Assembly: GCA_041658325.1 (NCBI GenBank)
Contig: JBBAAI010000002.1
Coordinates: 20,409-84,408, forward strand
DNA: 64,000 nucleotides
Source of the DNA: Minisyncoccota bacterium
GTDB lineage: Bacteria; Patescibacteriota; Minisyncoccia; Phycocordibacterales; UBA9973
Direction: 5' to 3'
Position numbers and translations under genes: made by a program. The notes below the pieces were generated by a model, which was given only the letters and a program-made list of their open reading frames with translations, ran no database searches and had not been told where the DNA came from. Below, in pieces: positions 27,686 through 38,759 of the stretch. How positions within the stretch are numbered: position 1 is the first letter of the stretch; every line of letters starts with the position of its first letter.

Positions 27686-30373
27686 ATGCCACCTTTAAAT
27701 AAATTTACAACTAAAGCAAAAGATGCTATTAAAAAAGCCCACGAGCTAGCTATTGAGCGTGGAGTAAATCATGTTTCTTCGCTTCATCTACTTGCAGCTT
27801 TGCTATTACAAGAAGAATCCATGGTGAATTCTATTTTAGACAAATTAGAAATTGATACAATGCTTTTAACGGATTCTGTTTTAGAGTTAATTGAATTGCC
27901 AGAATCACGAAACACTGTTTCGCCATCATACCAGATTTATCTTAATCCGGATTTGGCCCAGGTCATCGAACAATCAGCTAAGTTGGCAGAATACATGAAA
28001 GATGATTTTGTTTCTACTGAGCATCTTTTTATTGCAATTCTTGAAGTTACAAGTGAAGCGCGCGAGACATTGGCACGATTCAGAATTCATAAAGATCAAG
28101 TGATAAAAGTTTTAGAAGAATTGCGTAGCCAAAATATTACTGATGTTTCAGAACCTAAAAAATTTAAATTACTTTTAAAATACACTCGCAATTTAACTAA
28201 ATTAGCTAAAGAAGATAAATTAGATCCTGTCATTGGTCGGGACAATGAAATAATTCGTATTATGCAGATACTTTCACGTCGGACCAAAAATAATCCTATT
28301 TTAATAGGGGAAGCAGGCACCGGCAAGACGGCTGTGGTGGAAGGTCTAGCTCAAATGATTGCTAAAAGTAATGTTCCAGAATCTTTAAAAGATAAAGAAT
28401 TAGTTTCACTTGATTTAGGACTTCTTGTAGCAGGAACAAAATATCGCGGAGAATTTGAAGAGAGACTAAAGGGAATAATGAAAGAAATTGAAAGATCTGA
28501 TGGAAAAATAATTCTTTTTATTGACGAAATACATACTATCGTTGGAGCTGGAGGGGCTGAAGGTACGATGGATGCTTCAAATATGTTAAAGCCAGCTCTT
28601 TCTCGCGGAGAATTGCGAGCTATTGGTGCGACGACCCTGCGAGAATATCAAAAACACATTGAAAAAGATCCCGCCTTGGCTCGTCGTTTTCAGCCTGTTT
28701 ATATTGACGAACCAAGTGTAGAAGATGCAATTGCTATTTTGCGCGGTTTAAAAGAAAGATATGAGCTTTTTCACGGTATAAGAATTACCGACGATGCGAT
28801 AATCGCTGCAGTCAATCTTTCTGCTCGTTATATTACAAACAGATTTTTACCAGATAAGGCGGTAGATTTGGTTGATGAAGCTTCTTCTTCACTTAAAATA
28901 ATGCTTGAAAATAAACCACCAGTATTGGAGGATGCCAATAGAAAAACAATGCGCTTAGAAATTGAAAAAGAAGCATTGAAGAAAGAAATTAATTCTTCCT
29001 CGGGAAAGCAAAAAGAAAAAGAAATAAAAAATAGAATTAAGGAGATTGATAAAGAAATAGGAAATTTATCTGAAAAAACCAAGGAACTTGAATTGAAATG
29101 GCAGAATGAAAAATCAACTGTATTAGAAATTAGAAGTATAAAAAAAGACATGGAAAGTATTCGTTTAGAAGCAGAAAATGCTGAAATGAAATCAGATCTT
29201 TCTTTAGCTGCAGAAATACGTTATGGAAAAATACCAGCTCTTAAAAAAGATCTTGATATAAAACTTGCCCGATTAAAAAAATTACAGAAATCTCGTAGAA
29301 TCTTAAAAGAAGAAATTACAGCAGAAGACATAGCAGAAGTGGTTGCTCGCTGGACAGGGATACCGCTTACTAAAATGTTAGAAGAAGAAAGAGAAAAACT
29401 TGAGAAGATGGAAACAGAATTAGAAAAAAGAGTTATTGGCCAAAATGAAGCCATTAAACGAGTGGCTGATGTGATTCGTCGCTCTCGGGCGGGTATAGGA
29501 GATCCGAATCGTCCTATTGGCTCATTTATTTTCCTAGGCCCAACGGGAGTCGGCAAAACAGAGCTTACTAAAGCTTTAGGGCAATTTATGTTCAACGATG
29601 ACAACGCTATTATTCGTGTAGATATGTCTGAATATATGGAAAGACATTCAATGTCTAAGCTTATTGGTTCTCCGCCGGGATATGTGGGTTATGATGAATC
29701 AGGTCAATTAACAGAAGCTGTTCGGCATAGGCCTTATGCAGTAATACTTTTTGACGAGATTGAAAAAGCTCATCCAGAAGTTTTCAATGTGCTTTTACAG
29801 GTTATTGATGAGGGAAGATTGACTGATGGAAAAGGAAGGGTGGTTAACTTTAAAAACGCAATTATTATTCTTACTTCTAATATCGGTTCACAGTTTGTGG
29901 AGAAAATGGAATCAATCGGATTTTCTAATAATTCTAATAAACAAGATTATGGCAATATGAAGGAAAAAGTTTTGGAAGCACTTAAAGATAATTTCCGTCC
30001 AGAATTTTTGAATCGCCTGGACGAAGTTATTGTCTTTGATGTTCTCTCCGAGGAAGCAATCAGGGAAATAGTTAATTTGAGAATAAAAGTTGTTCATGAT
30101 CGACTTAACGCAAAAGGAATTAATTTAGAGATTTCCGAGGAAGCGCTTTCATATTTGGCAAAGACTGGTTATGATCCGCATTATGGCGCTCGTCCCTTAA
30201 ATCGCTTAATTCAAAATAAAATTTTAAATCCCGTTGCTTCATATATTATTAGCAATGGTGTAAAGAAAGGGGATGCTGTTGTTGTCTCGGTTAAAGGAGA
30301 TGAACTAGATATTGCCACCAAAAAAGGAAAAATCAAAAGCTCAATTCGCATTCGATCACGCTCTACTGTCTAA
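27686..30373 (+). CDS. clpB: Chaperone ClpB
   Basis: Two AAA+ modules ([16 protein letters not shown]), long middle coiled coil, GARPL. Confidence 0.95.
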   Translation: MPPLNKFTTKAKDAIKKAHELAIERGVNHVSSLHLLAALLLQEESMVNSILDKLEIDTMLLTDSVLELIELPESRNTVSPSYQIYLNPDLAQVIEQSAKLAEYMKDDFVSTEHLFIAILEVTSEARETLARFRIHKDQVIKVLEELRSQNITDVSEPKKFKLLLKYTRNLTKLAKEDKLDPVIGRDNEIIRIMQILSRRTKNNPILIGEAGTGKTAVVEGLAQMIAKSNVPESLKDKELVSLDLGLLVAGTKYRGEFEERLKGIMKEIERSDGKIILFIDEIHTIVGAGGAEGTMDASNMLKPALSRGELRAIGATTLREYQKHIEKDPALARRFQPVYIDEPSVEDAIAILRGLKERYELFHGIRITDDAIIAAVNLSARYITNRFLPDKAVDLVDEASSSLKIMLENKPPVLEDANRKTMRLEIEKEALKKEINSSSGKQKEKEIKNRIKEIDKEIGNLSEKTKELELKWQNEKSTVLEIRSIKKDMESIRLEAENAEMKSDLSLAAEIRYGKIPALKKDLDIKLARLKKLQKSRRILKEEITAEDIAEVVARWTGIPLTKMLEEEREKLEKMETELEKRVIGQNEAIKRVADVIRRSRAGIGDPNRPIGSFIFLGPTGVGKTELTKALGQFMFNDDNAIIRVDMSEYMERHSMSKLIGSPPGYVGYDESGQLTEAVRHRPYAVILFDEIEKAHPEVFNVLLQVIDEGRLTDGKGRVVNFKNAIIILTSNIGSQFVEKMESIGFSNNSNKQDYGNMKEKVLEALKDNFRPEFLNRLDEVIVFDVLSEEAIREIVNLRIKVVHDRLNAKGINLEISEEALSYLAKTGYDPHYGARPLNRLIQNKILNPVASYIISNGVKKGDAVVVSVKGDELDIATKKGKIKSSIRIRSRSTV

Positions 30374-30511
30374 AACAAGTTAATAATGCGAACATTAAAT
30401 AGATGCAAAAAATAAATTTTTGTGTTATTTTGTATGCATGCGTCGGTATCGGGTGCGCAGGAAAGGCTACTATCTTAGTATAATGATTTAGTAGGTATAA
30501 AAATAAAATAT

Positions 30512-30597
30512 GCGTCGGTGGTAGAGTGGTCAATTACAACAGACTGTAAATCTGTCGCCTTAGGGCTACGAAGGTTCGAATCCTTCCCGACGCACCA
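30512..30597 (+). tRNA. tRNA-Tyr(GTA)
   Basis: ACAGA-CTGTAAA-TCTGT, variable arm, GGTTCGAATCC, encoded CCA. Confidence 0.97.
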
Positions 30598-30612
30598 AAA
30601 TTAAAATATTTT

Positions 30613-31071
30613 ATGAATCTTGAACACATAAGACACTTTAGTGAAGAATATGATATTCCGAATGAAGAAATGGAAGGCTTTGTTAGCAAGGCCGACCTTC
30701 CTATTTTGCCAGAAGATCTTGAAAATTTGTGCGCAGGAAATGAAGAACTTCAATCTTTATACGAAGGAATGGTACAAAAGTGTTTTGAATATACTGCTGA
30801 TGTGTTTAAATTAAAAAAAATAGCGGAAGAAAATGTAAGTCTGAGAGACGAAGAGTGGCGAATTAATTTGCAGAAAGCTGATCAGGATCGTCGTATTTTG
30901 CACGAAGCAACGATGGATAGTATCAACATTTTAGGTCGTAATTTAAAAAAAGAAGGAAAATCAAACGAATGGTTGCGTACGATCGCAGGCGAAAGAAGCA
31001 GATATACAAGATTTGCAATTGCTTTTGCTTTCAGTTATTATCTATTCTTGAGAAGAAAAGAAGAACAATAA
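30613..31071 (+). CDS. Hypothetical helical protein
   Basis: 152-aa ORF directly after tRNA-Tyr. Confidence 0.75.
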   Translation: MNLEHIRHFSEEYDIPNEEMEGFVSKADLPILPEDLENLCAGNEELQSLYEGMVQKCFEYTADVFKLKKIAEENVSLRDEEWRINLQKADQDRRILHEATMDSINILGRNLKKEGKSNEWLRTIAGERSRYTRFAIAFAFSYYLFLRRKEEQ

Positions 31072-31072
31072 A

Positions 31073-31288
31073 ATGGATGAATTCAAACTTGAAAAAAATA
31101 GTATCAATTTAGCAAAAAAAATTACTCCTGAAAAGAGAAATGAATACATTTTAATAGCGATGGACTGGTCTCAGAAAATGCTTGCAGGAGAGGAAAAAGA
31201 AGCTCTTCTCTTGAAAAAAGAGTTGCTCCGCATAGAACAAGAATTATCAATGACCCCCGAACAAATTATGAATAGTAAGCCAAAGTAG
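31073..31288 (+). CDS. Small hypothetical protein
   Basis: 71-aa ORF 1 nt after the previous stop. Confidence 0.65.
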   Translation: MDEFKLEKNSINLAKKITPEKRNEYILIAMDWSQKMLAGEEKEALLLKKELLRIEQELSMTPEQIMNSKPK

Positions 31289-31407
31289 CTTTTCTTATTC
31301 TTAGCCAATAGTTTGTTATTTCTATAAAAGTATGTTATTATGTTAATAGTTTCAAAAAGGCCTTCGGGCTTTTTTATTTCGGTAACACAACAATATAATT
31401 AAAAAAC

Positions 31408-33210
31408 ATGGAAATTAGAAATATAGCAATAATAGCGCACGTGGACCACGGCAAGACAACCTTGACTGATGCTTTAATGAAGCAAAATGGTGGATTCCAA
31501 GATGAGGGGGTATCAATGGATTCAAACGATCTTGAAAAAGAGCGGGGTATTACTATTTATTCTAAGAATACTTCTATCTATTACAAAGACACAAAGATAA
31601 ACATTGTAGATACCCCCGGTCACGCTGACTTCGGTTCGGAAGTAGAACGTGTTTTACGCGCCATTGATTCTGTGCTTTTATTAGTAGATGCAGTAGAGGG
31701 ACCAATGCCTCAAACCAGATTCGTCTTAAAAAAATCTTTAGAATTAGGGCTTAAGCCGATAGTGGTTATAAATAAAATAGATAAACCGGCGGCTGATCCG
31801 CACAGAGTGCATGAAGAAATTTTAGATTTATTTTTTGAATTAGGGGCAAACGAAGAACAGGCAAATTTTGAAACAGTTTACGCGATTGGTCGTGAAGGAA
31901 AAGCATTTAGATACTTAGGGGATGAATCCATGGATCTTTCTCCAATTCTTGATTTAATTTTAGAAAAAGTTCCTTCAGCTTCTCTAAATAAAACTGGGAA
32001 AATGTCTGCGCAAGTTTTTAATTTGGGCTATGATAATTTTTTAGGTAGAATGGCGGTGGCTCGAATTTATTCTGGAAAAATAAATTCTTCCAGTCAGGTT
32101 TTTATAAAAGGAGAAAATGGAACTAGAAAAGGAAAAATTACAAAATTATTTGGTTTTGAAGGAATAGACAGAAAAGAAGAAGAAATAGCTTCTTCTGGTG
32201 ACATTGTTCTTTTGGCAGGAATTCCAGATATTTATATTGGAGAGACAATTTGTGAAGATGAGAGCGTAGAAATATTACCCCATATCGCCATCGATGAGCC
32301 GACCCTTTCGCTTAATTTTTTAGTTAATGATTCTCCTTTTGCTGGCCGGGAAGGAAAATTTGTTACTTCCAGACAAATTAAAGAAAGATTGGAAAAAGAA
32401 TTAGAAATAAACGTTGGACTAAAAGTTGATTTTTCTCCAGATCAAGGAGAAAATAAAATGGGTCCAAGTTTTTTTAAAGTATATGGCCGAGGAGAACTTC
32501 ATGTTGCAATTTTATTAGAAAATATGCGCCGAGAAGGTTTTGAAATGCAAGTTTCGCAACCAGAAGTTATTATCAAAGAAGAAAATGGTGTTAAAACAGA
32601 ACCTTATGAAGAACTTGTGATTGATGTTCCAATGGAATTTTCTGGCAGTGTAATTGAAAAGATAGGCAAAAGACGGGGTATTATGAAGGATATGGTAGAA
32701 AAAGAAGGAATTGTGAGGGTTATTTTTAATATACCAACACGTGGACTTTTAGGTTATCGCAGTGAATTTATTATAGATACAAAAGGAGAAGGCATAATGT
32801 CTTCGCGAGTTACTGGTTTTAAGGAATATGCTGGAGAAATCAAAAAAAGAGAGTATGGTTCAATGACTTCTATGGTGGCTGGCAAGGCGGTGGCCTTTTC
32901 TCTTGCAAATTTACAAGAACGTGGTATATTGTACATAGATCATGGAACAGAGGTTTATGAAGGAATGGTTGTTGGAAATGTTCTGAAAGGAGACGATATG
33001 TCTGTAAATCCGACGAAAGGAAAACAACTTACTAACATGAGAGCTTCTGGTACAGATGAAGCCATTACCTTAAATCCTGTTTTTGTTTTGAGTATTGAGC
33101 GAGGTCTTGAAGTCATGAATGGAGATGAATATTTAGAAATTACCCCAAAATCTGTTAGACTTCGTAAGAGATACCTGACTGAGATTGATCGAGTAAAAGC
33201 CAAAAGATAA
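31408..33210 (+). CDS. typA: Translational GTPase TypA/BipA
   Basis: RNIAIIAHVDHGKTTL, DTPGHADF, GRGELH, EITPKSVRLRK. Confidence 0.98.
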   Translation: MEIRNIAIIAHVDHGKTTLTDALMKQNGGFQDEGVSMDSNDLEKERGITIYSKNTSIYYKDTKINIVDTPGHADFGSEVERVLRAIDSVLLLVDAVEGPMPQTRFVLKKSLELGLKPIVVINKIDKPAADPHRVHEEILDLFFELGANEEQANFETVYAIGREGKAFRYLGDESMDLSPILDLILEKVPSASLNKTGKMSAQVFNLGYDNFLGRMAVARIYSGKINSSSQVFIKGENGTRKGKITKLFGFEGIDRKEEEIASSGDIVLLAGIPDIYIGETICEDESVEILPHIAIDEPTLSLNFLVNDSPFAGREGKFVTSRQIKERLEKELEINVGLKVDFSPDQGENKMGPSFFKVYGRGELHVAILLENMRREGFEMQVSQPEVIIKEENGVKTEPYEELVIDVPMEFSGSVIEKIGKRRGIMKDMVEKEGIVRVIFNIPTRGLLGYRSEFIIDTKGEGIMSSRVTGFKEYAGEIKKREYGSMTSMVAGKAVAFSLANLQERGILYIDHGTEVYEGMVVGNVLKGDDMSVNPTKGKQLTNMRASGTDEAITLNPVFVLSIERGLEVMNGDEYLEITPKSVRLRKRYLTEIDRVKAKR

Positions 33211-33257
33211 CCAAGATTTTAACTTTTAAGAAATTTATAATTTTAAATCAAACAATT

Positions 33258-34289
33258 ATGTCAACAACATCTTTCAAACCCAAAAAAGTAACTCAAAAAA
33301 TAACTTCGCACCTTAAGGATCGTGCGCTAGATGTGATTATGAATCGTTTTGGTTTGACTGATGATGGAAGCAAAAAAACCCTTGAAGAAATTGGTAAGAA
33401 ATATGGAATTACTAGAGAGCGTGTTCGTCAAATTGAAGATGCCGCAATTAATTTAATTAAAAAATCTGATGCTTATAAAAATGAACAGGCTGTTTTTGAT
33501 GAATTAAGGCAAATATTACACAGCCTAGGTTCTATCGTTGCTGAGCACGAATTGCTGCCTTATTTTTCTAAGGAAAAAGTGACCCAAAATCACATTAATT
33601 TTTTCTTAGTACTGGGTGATGCTTTTAAGAAACATCGCGAAGATGAACATTTCCATGCTCGTTGGAGCGTAGATGATACTATGGCTGAAAAAGTTCATGA
33701 TTCTTTAAAGAAACTTTATGTCAGTTTGAAAGACGAAGATCTTATTTCAGAAACTGAAATGATAAAGAAATTTTTTGATCAAATGAAAGATGTTGCGGAT
33801 AAATACAGAGATGAAGAAATGGTTAAAAGATGGCTTTCTATGTCTAAAACTGTTTCCAAGAATCCTTTAGGTGAGTGGGGAAAAACCTCTTCTCCTAATA
33901 TTCGTACACGAGGAGTTAAAGATTATGCTTTTCTTGTAATGAGACGTCATGGTTCACCTATGCATTTTAAGGAAGTAGCTGATGCAATTTCTAAAACTTT
34001 TGGTAAAAAAACACACTATGCTACTTGTCACAACGAACTTATAAGAGATTCTCGTTTTATTTTAGTTGGTAGGGGAATGTATGCTCTTGCTGAGTGGGGT
34101 TATAAAACAGGTATTGCTCGTGAAGTAATTCAAGATATTTTAAAGAGAGAAGGCATGCCTTTATCTAAAGATGATGTTGTTACAAAAGTGATGAAAGAAA
34201 GATATTTCAAAAAAAATACCATTTTAGTAAATTTAGCTAATTCAAAATACTTCAAAAAGAACAAAAATGGGCTTTATACTATTGCCTAA
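33258..34289 (+). CDS. Sigma-70 region 4 plus HARE-HTH (RNAP delta-like) domain protein
   Basis: RFGL..TLEEIG.KYGITRERVRQIE; C-terminal PMHF.E...HNELIRDSRFILVGRGMYAL.EW. Confidence 0.85.
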   Translation: MSTTSFKPKKVTQKITSHLKDRALDVIMNRFGLTDDGSKKTLEEIGKKYGITRERVRQIEDAAINLIKKSDAYKNEQAVFDELRQILHSLGSIVAEHELLPYFSKEKVTQNHINFFLVLGDAFKKHREDEHFHARWSVDDTMAEKVHDSLKKLYVSLKDEDLISETEMIKKFFDQMKDVADKYRDEEMVKRWLSMSKTVSKNPLGEWGKTSSPNIRTRGVKDYAFLVMRRHGSPMHFKEVADAISKTFGKKTHYATCHNELIRDSRFILVGRGMYALAEWGYKTGIAREVIQDILKREGMPLSKDDVVTKVMKERYFKKNTILVNLANSKYFKKNKNGLYTIA

Positions 34290-34337
34290 TCTTTTTATTT
34301 GCTTTGTTTATTTTAATTTTTATATTAAAATATAAGA

Positions 34338-35723
34338 ATGGAACAGTTTCTTGATTCTGTTGAGGAAGGAATAAAAAAAAATTGGTCTTGGATTTTGTTA
34401 ATAATCATTGGTTTTTTTATATTTGCGTATGGCCTACAGTATAGTTTGATTAAAAGCATTTTGCCTTTAATCGGTACAATATTATTAGGTTGGATTGCTT
34501 GGAAACTCTGGGTTCACTATGTACAGCAGGATTTTATTTCTGGGATAGATTTTGTTTTGCTTGAGATAGTTCCACCACGTGAAGTTTTACGTTCTCCGAA
34601 AGCGATGGAACTTTTTTTTACAAATGCTCTTTATCACTGGAGTATGAAAGGAGGGAAAGAGCAATATTGGCAAGGAGCTGTGTGGTTTTGGTTTTCTTTA
34701 GAAATTGCATCTATCGACGGGCAAGTACATTTTTATATACGAACACCGACACGTGTAAGAAGTTTAATTGAAACACAAATATATGCACAATATCCTCAAG
34801 CGCAAGTAAAAGCAGTAGAAGATTACACTTTAGCCGTAGACAAGATAACTCCAACAAGTTCTTGGAATGGTTGGGGGTGTGAATTTGGATTGGCAAAACC
34901 AGAAGCCTACCCTCTTAAAACATATGTAGATTTTGGTTTGGATAAAGATCCAAAAGAAGAATTCAAGGTTGATCCCATCTCTCCAATCATAGAACTTTTT
35001 GGGTCACTAAAAAAAGGAGAACAAATGTGGATTCAAATTGTTATTACTCCTTCAAAAAAAGAATACCATACTCACGGTTCTTATTTTGATAAGCACGATT
35101 GGGTAAAACAATCTAGTTTAGAAATTGAAAAATTATTAAAACCATACAGTCGTGTACATCCCCCAAACGATCACGATGGAGTTTCTGCTGTTCAGACATT
35201 TGTTCCTGAGCAACTAAAAAAGATTTTGGAAATGATGACTCTTAAGACTACCAAAATTGGTTTTGACACGGGGATAAGAGTTATGTATGTTGCAAAAAAA
35301 GAAGTCTTTGATATGAGTAATAGAAGAAATATTCGTCTTATTTTTCGTCAATATGCTAACCCTAGTTCCAATGAACTTGTGCGTGTAAATTCAACCCAAG
35401 CAGATGCTTTTAATACTAGTTATTTTATGCTTCCTCCAGAAAAAGTAATGATTTTAGCAAATAGAATGCTTTTAGAATACCAAGAACGTTCTTTCTTCCA
35501 TCCTCCATTACGCCATCATCTTATCAACAATCATAACTTTAAGGGAGTTGCTTTGTTCATCGTTAAACAATTTTTTATGCCATATTTTCATCCTCCCATT
35601 TTTGTTTTAAACGTTGAAGAGTTGGCTACATTGTGGCACTTCCCAGGACAGATATTAAAAGTTCCAACGCTTGAACGTATTGAATCCAAAGAAGCTTCTC
35701 CTCCCACCAATTTACCTACCTAA
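34338..35723 (+). CDS. Conserved membrane protein, candidate anchor/partner of T4SS-like ATPases
   Basis: Two N-terminal TMs; FSLEIAS, IYAQYP, EELATLWHFP..SPPTNLP motifs. Confidence 0.65.
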   Translation: MEQFLDSVEEGIKKNWSWILLIIIGFFIFAYGLQYSLIKSILPLIGTILLGWIAWKLWVHYVQQDFISGIDFVLLEIVPPREVLRSPKAMELFFTNALYHWSMKGGKEQYWQGAVWFWFSLEIASIDGQVHFYIRTPTRVRSLIETQIYAQYPQAQVKAVEDYTLAVDKITPTSSWNGWGCEFGLAKPEAYPLKTYVDFGLDKDPKEEFKVDPISPIIELFGSLKKGEQMWIQIVITPSKKEYHTHGSYFDKHDWVKQSSLEIEKLLKPYSRVHPPNDHDGVSAVQTFVPEQLKKILEMMTLKTTKIGFDTGIRVMYVAKKEVFDMSNRRNIRLIFRQYANPSSNELVRVNSTQADAFNTSYFMLPPEKVMILANRMLLEYQERSFFHPPLRHHLINNHNFKGVALFIVKQFFMPYFHPPIFVLNVEELATLWHFPGQILKVPTLERIESKEASPPTNLPT

Positions 35724-35726
35724 TTT

Positions 35727-36653
35727 ATGGAAAACTTATCTTCACTCAACGAGCTTGAACATCCTGTGTCTAAGTTGAATAAAAAAAATGCTATTTATCT
35801 ACTTAGCATAGTTTTGTTTTTGATTCTTTTTTATTTTTTCTTTTTTAGTGCGCCGATAAATTTTCCAGTTGGATCAATTGTAAGAATAGAAAAAGGGTCA
35901 AGTCTGCGAAGTATTTCTCTGGCCTTGAAAAAGCAAGATATTATACGATCTAGGGTAATTTTTGAATCTTTTGTAATAATTTTTGGTGGGGAATTGCATA
36001 TACAGTCCGCCGATTATTTATTTGAATATAAATTGCCGATTTGGCAGGTTGCTAAACGTATTGTCCTGGGTGAACATAATATGGTGCCTGTTTCAGTAAC
36101 GATTCCAGAAGGATTTAATGTGAATCAAATCGGAGATACTTTTGCAAAAGAATTGACAAATTTTAGTAAGGCAAAATTTTTATTTCAAGCGAAAAAGTTA
36201 GAAGGCTATCTTTTTCCAGATACTTATTTTTTCTTAACCACTGACAATGAAAAAGATGTCATAGAATCTATGAGTAAAAATTTTGAAAAGAAAATTGCTC
36301 CGCTTCGTCCAGAAATTATTTCTTCGGGTAAAACAGAAAAAAATATTATTATCATGGCTTCGATTATTGAAGGAGAAGCGAAGGGGGACGGGGATCGGAA
36401 TATTATTTCCGGAATTCTCTGGAAAAGAATATCCATCGGTATGCCACTCCAAGTCGATGTCGCGCCAGAAACCTATAAAACAAAAGGATTGCCGGAAAGT
36501 CCTATCGGCAATCCAGGCCTCGATGCCATAAAAGCATCTATCCACCCTCAAAATTCTCCTTATCTTTATTATTTGCATGATAAGGACGGTAATATTTATT
36601 ATGCAAAAACTTTTGGAGAGCATTCAAAAAATATAATAAAATATTTAAAGTAA
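35727..36653 (+). CDS. mltG: Endolytic transglycosylase MltG
   Basis: TM, VTIPEG, LEGYLFPDTY, MASIIEGE, GLP..PIGNPG, YLYY. Confidence 0.93.
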   Translation: MENLSSLNELEHPVSKLNKKNAIYLLSIVLFLILFYFFFFSAPINFPVGSIVRIEKGSSLRSISLALKKQDIIRSRVIFESFVIIFGGELHIQSADYLFEYKLPIWQVAKRIVLGEHNMVPVSVTIPEGFNVNQIGDTFAKELTNFSKAKFLFQAKKLEGYLFPDTYFFLTTDNEKDVIESMSKNFEKKIAPLRPEIISSGKTEKNIIIMASIIEGEAKGDGDRNIISGILWKRISIGMPLQVDVAPETYKTKGLPESPIGNPGLDAIKASIHPQNSPYLYYLHDKDGNIYYAKTFGEHSKNIIKYLK

Positions 36654-36666
36654 TATAATAAGAAAG

Positions 36667-37194
36667 ATGAGAAAACATAATTTAGCTTTTATTGACGTGG
36701 AACTTACCGGGCTTGATTTAGGAAAGCACGAGATTATTGAAATCGGCTGTATTATTACAACGCCAGAATTTGAAGTACTGGAAGAATTCGAGTTGAAGAT
36801 AAAACCAGAAAGGATAGAAGATGCTGACCCCGTCTCCTTAAAGATAAGTCATTACAACGAGAAAGATTGGGCGGACGCATATTCTTTAGAAGAAGCCATA
36901 AAAATTTTTTCTGAAAAAGTTGGAGGTTGTATTATGGTCGCTCACAACATTGCTTTTGATTCAGAATTTTTGGATTATGCTTTTTCAAAAACTGGCATAA
37001 AAAATACTATGCATTATCACAGACTAGACACGATATCTCTCGCCTGGGCAAAACTGCACCGTGAACCTGATCTTGAACATTTTTCTTTGCGTGAATTGTG
37101 CGTGCGTTTTGAAATAAAAAATGAACATGCGCATACTGCGCTCTCTGATGCCTGCGCAACCTTTGAACTTTACAAAAAGCTGATGGAATTGTAA
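36667..37194 (+). CDS. DEDDh 3'-5' exonuclease (DnaQ-like)
   Basis: FIDVELTG, AHNIAFD, HTALSDA. Confidence 0.92.
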   Translation: MRKHNLAFIDVELTGLDLGKHEIIEIGCIITTPEFEVLEEFELKIKPERIEDADPVSLKISHYNEKDWADAYSLEEAIKIFSEKVGGCIMVAHNIAFDSEFLDYAFSKTGIKNTMHYHRLDTISLAWAKLHREPDLEHFSLRELCVRFEIKNEHAHTALSDACATFELYKKLMEL

Positions 37195-37203
37195 GGTCTA
37201 TAT

Positions 37204-38253
37204 ATGAAAAAGAAGACTGTTTTTGTTGGTCTTTCCGGGGGCGTTGATTCTGCTGTATCTGTGGCACTGCTCAAAAAGGAAGGTTATGAAGTGGTGGGGG
37301 TTTTTATCAAGACCTGGCACCCGGATTTTTTAGTGTGTAATGAAGAGGAGGAACGTCGAGATGCAATGCGCGTGGCGGCACATTTAGATATTCCATTTTT
37401 AACTTTTGATTTAGAGGATGTTTATAAAAAAGAAGTGGCGGATTATATGATTCGTGAATACAAAGCTGGAAGAACGCCGAATCCGGATGTGATGTGTAAT
37501 AAAGAAGTAAAGTTCGGCGCTTTTCTCAAAAAAGCTATTTCCATGGGTGCTGATTTTGTGGCGACGGGACACTATGCAAAAAATACTAAAAATTTTTTAG
37601 AAAAGGGCGTTGATCCTTCAAAAGACCAAAGTTACTTTTTGTGGACGCTCAGGCAAAAGCAATTAGAAAAAATTATTTTCCCAATTGGAAATTTAAAAAA
37701 GTCAGAAGTTCGCCAATTAGCAAAAAAATTTAATCTGCCGGTGGCGGAGAAAAAAGATAGTCAAGGTATTTGTTTTCTAGGCGCGGTGGATTTAAAAGAA
37801 TTTTTGAAACATTATATTAAAGAAAAAAAAGGGAAAGTTTTAGATGAAGCAAAGAATATGATTGGTTATCATAATGGTGTAGTTTTTCATACCCTAGGGG
37901 AAAGGCACGGCTTTACTATTACTAAAAAAACGCCCAAAGACGGTGCTTATTACATCGTCGGTAAGGATGTAAAGAAAAATATTTTATATGTGTCACAAAA
38001 TGCGTATGCCGAAGAAAGCAATGTTTTGCATTGGGTGGAATTAAAAGATGTAAACTGGATTTCAGAAATTCCTGAGTCAGGTAAAAATTATACCGCGCAA
38101 ATTCGTTATCATGGAGAATTATTGCCGTGCAAAATTAATTGTTCAAAAAATCAGGCAAGAGTGTTTTTTAATAAACCAATTTTAGTTGCTTCCGGGCAGT
38201 CATGTGTTGTCTATGATGGCGATATTTGCCTGGGTGGGGGAGTAGTTGTATAA
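37204..38253 (+). CDS. mnmA: tRNA 2-thiouridylase MnmA
   Basis: SGGVDS, TPNPDVMCN, ATGHY, KDQSYFL, DSQGICF. Confidence 0.97.
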   Translation: MKKKTVFVGLSGGVDSAVSVALLKKEGYEVVGVFIKTWHPDFLVCNEEEERRDAMRVAAHLDIPFLTFDLEDVYKKEVADYMIREYKAGRTPNPDVMCNKEVKFGAFLKKAISMGADFVATGHYAKNTKNFLEKGVDPSKDQSYFLWTLRQKQLEKIIFPIGNLKKSEVRQLAKKFNLPVAEKKDSQGICFLGAVDLKEFLKHYIKEKKGKVLDEAKNMIGYHNGVVFHTLGERHGFTITKKTPKDGAYYIVGKDVKKNILYVSQNAYAEESNVLHWVELKDVNWISEIPESGKNYTAQIRYHGELLPCKINCSKNQARVFFNKPILVASGQSCVVYDGDICLGGGVVV

Positions 38254-38263
38254 TTGATTTATT

Positions 38264-38737
38264 ATGGAACAATTTATAGCACAAAATGGTGATGTTGTTT
38301 TGCGATTATTTTTAGCAGTTGTTTTGGGAACCTGCATAGGAGCTGAGCGAATTTTTGTGCACAAAGAAGCTGGAATGAAAACACATGCACTTGTAGCTAT
38401 GGGCGCAGCAGTTTTTGTTTTAGTGTCTGAAGAGTTAGCAAAAAAATATATTAATTTGCCAGGATTTAATCCTGCCATGATAGCTTCGCAGATAATCGTC
38501 GGTATTGGATTTTTAGGAGCTGGATCAATAATGCTTCAAGATTCTAAATTAAAGGGTTTAACTACGGCTAGTGGGCTTTGGGTGACGGCTGGGATAGGTA
38601 TGGCCGCTGGTTTTGGACTTTATGGTTTAGCTATTATTGCTACGATTTTTATCCTTCTCGTGTTTATTGCTATGATTGTTATTGAAAAACCTATTAGGAA
38701 AATTTCCGGTGACGAAATTGATCAACCGAAAAGTTAA
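38264..38737 (+). CDS. MgtC/SapB family membrane protein
   Basis: IGAER..AGMKTH, GIGFLGAG, GLTTASGLW. Confidence 0.93.
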   Translation: MEQFIAQNGDVVLRLFLAVVLGTCIGAERIFVHKEAGMKTHALVAMGAAVFVLVSEELAKKYINLPGFNPAMIASQIIVGIGFLGAGSIMLQDSKLKGLTTASGLWVTAGIGMAAGFGLYGLAIIATIFILLVFIAMIVIEKPIRKISGDEIDQPKS

Positions 38738-38759
38738 AAAGAATTTAATTTATAAAAAT

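Noticed and set aside
37998-38032. Possible palindromic insert in mnmA (AATGCG..TGCATT)
   Set aside because: Pairing is short and interrupted, with no second copy in the window
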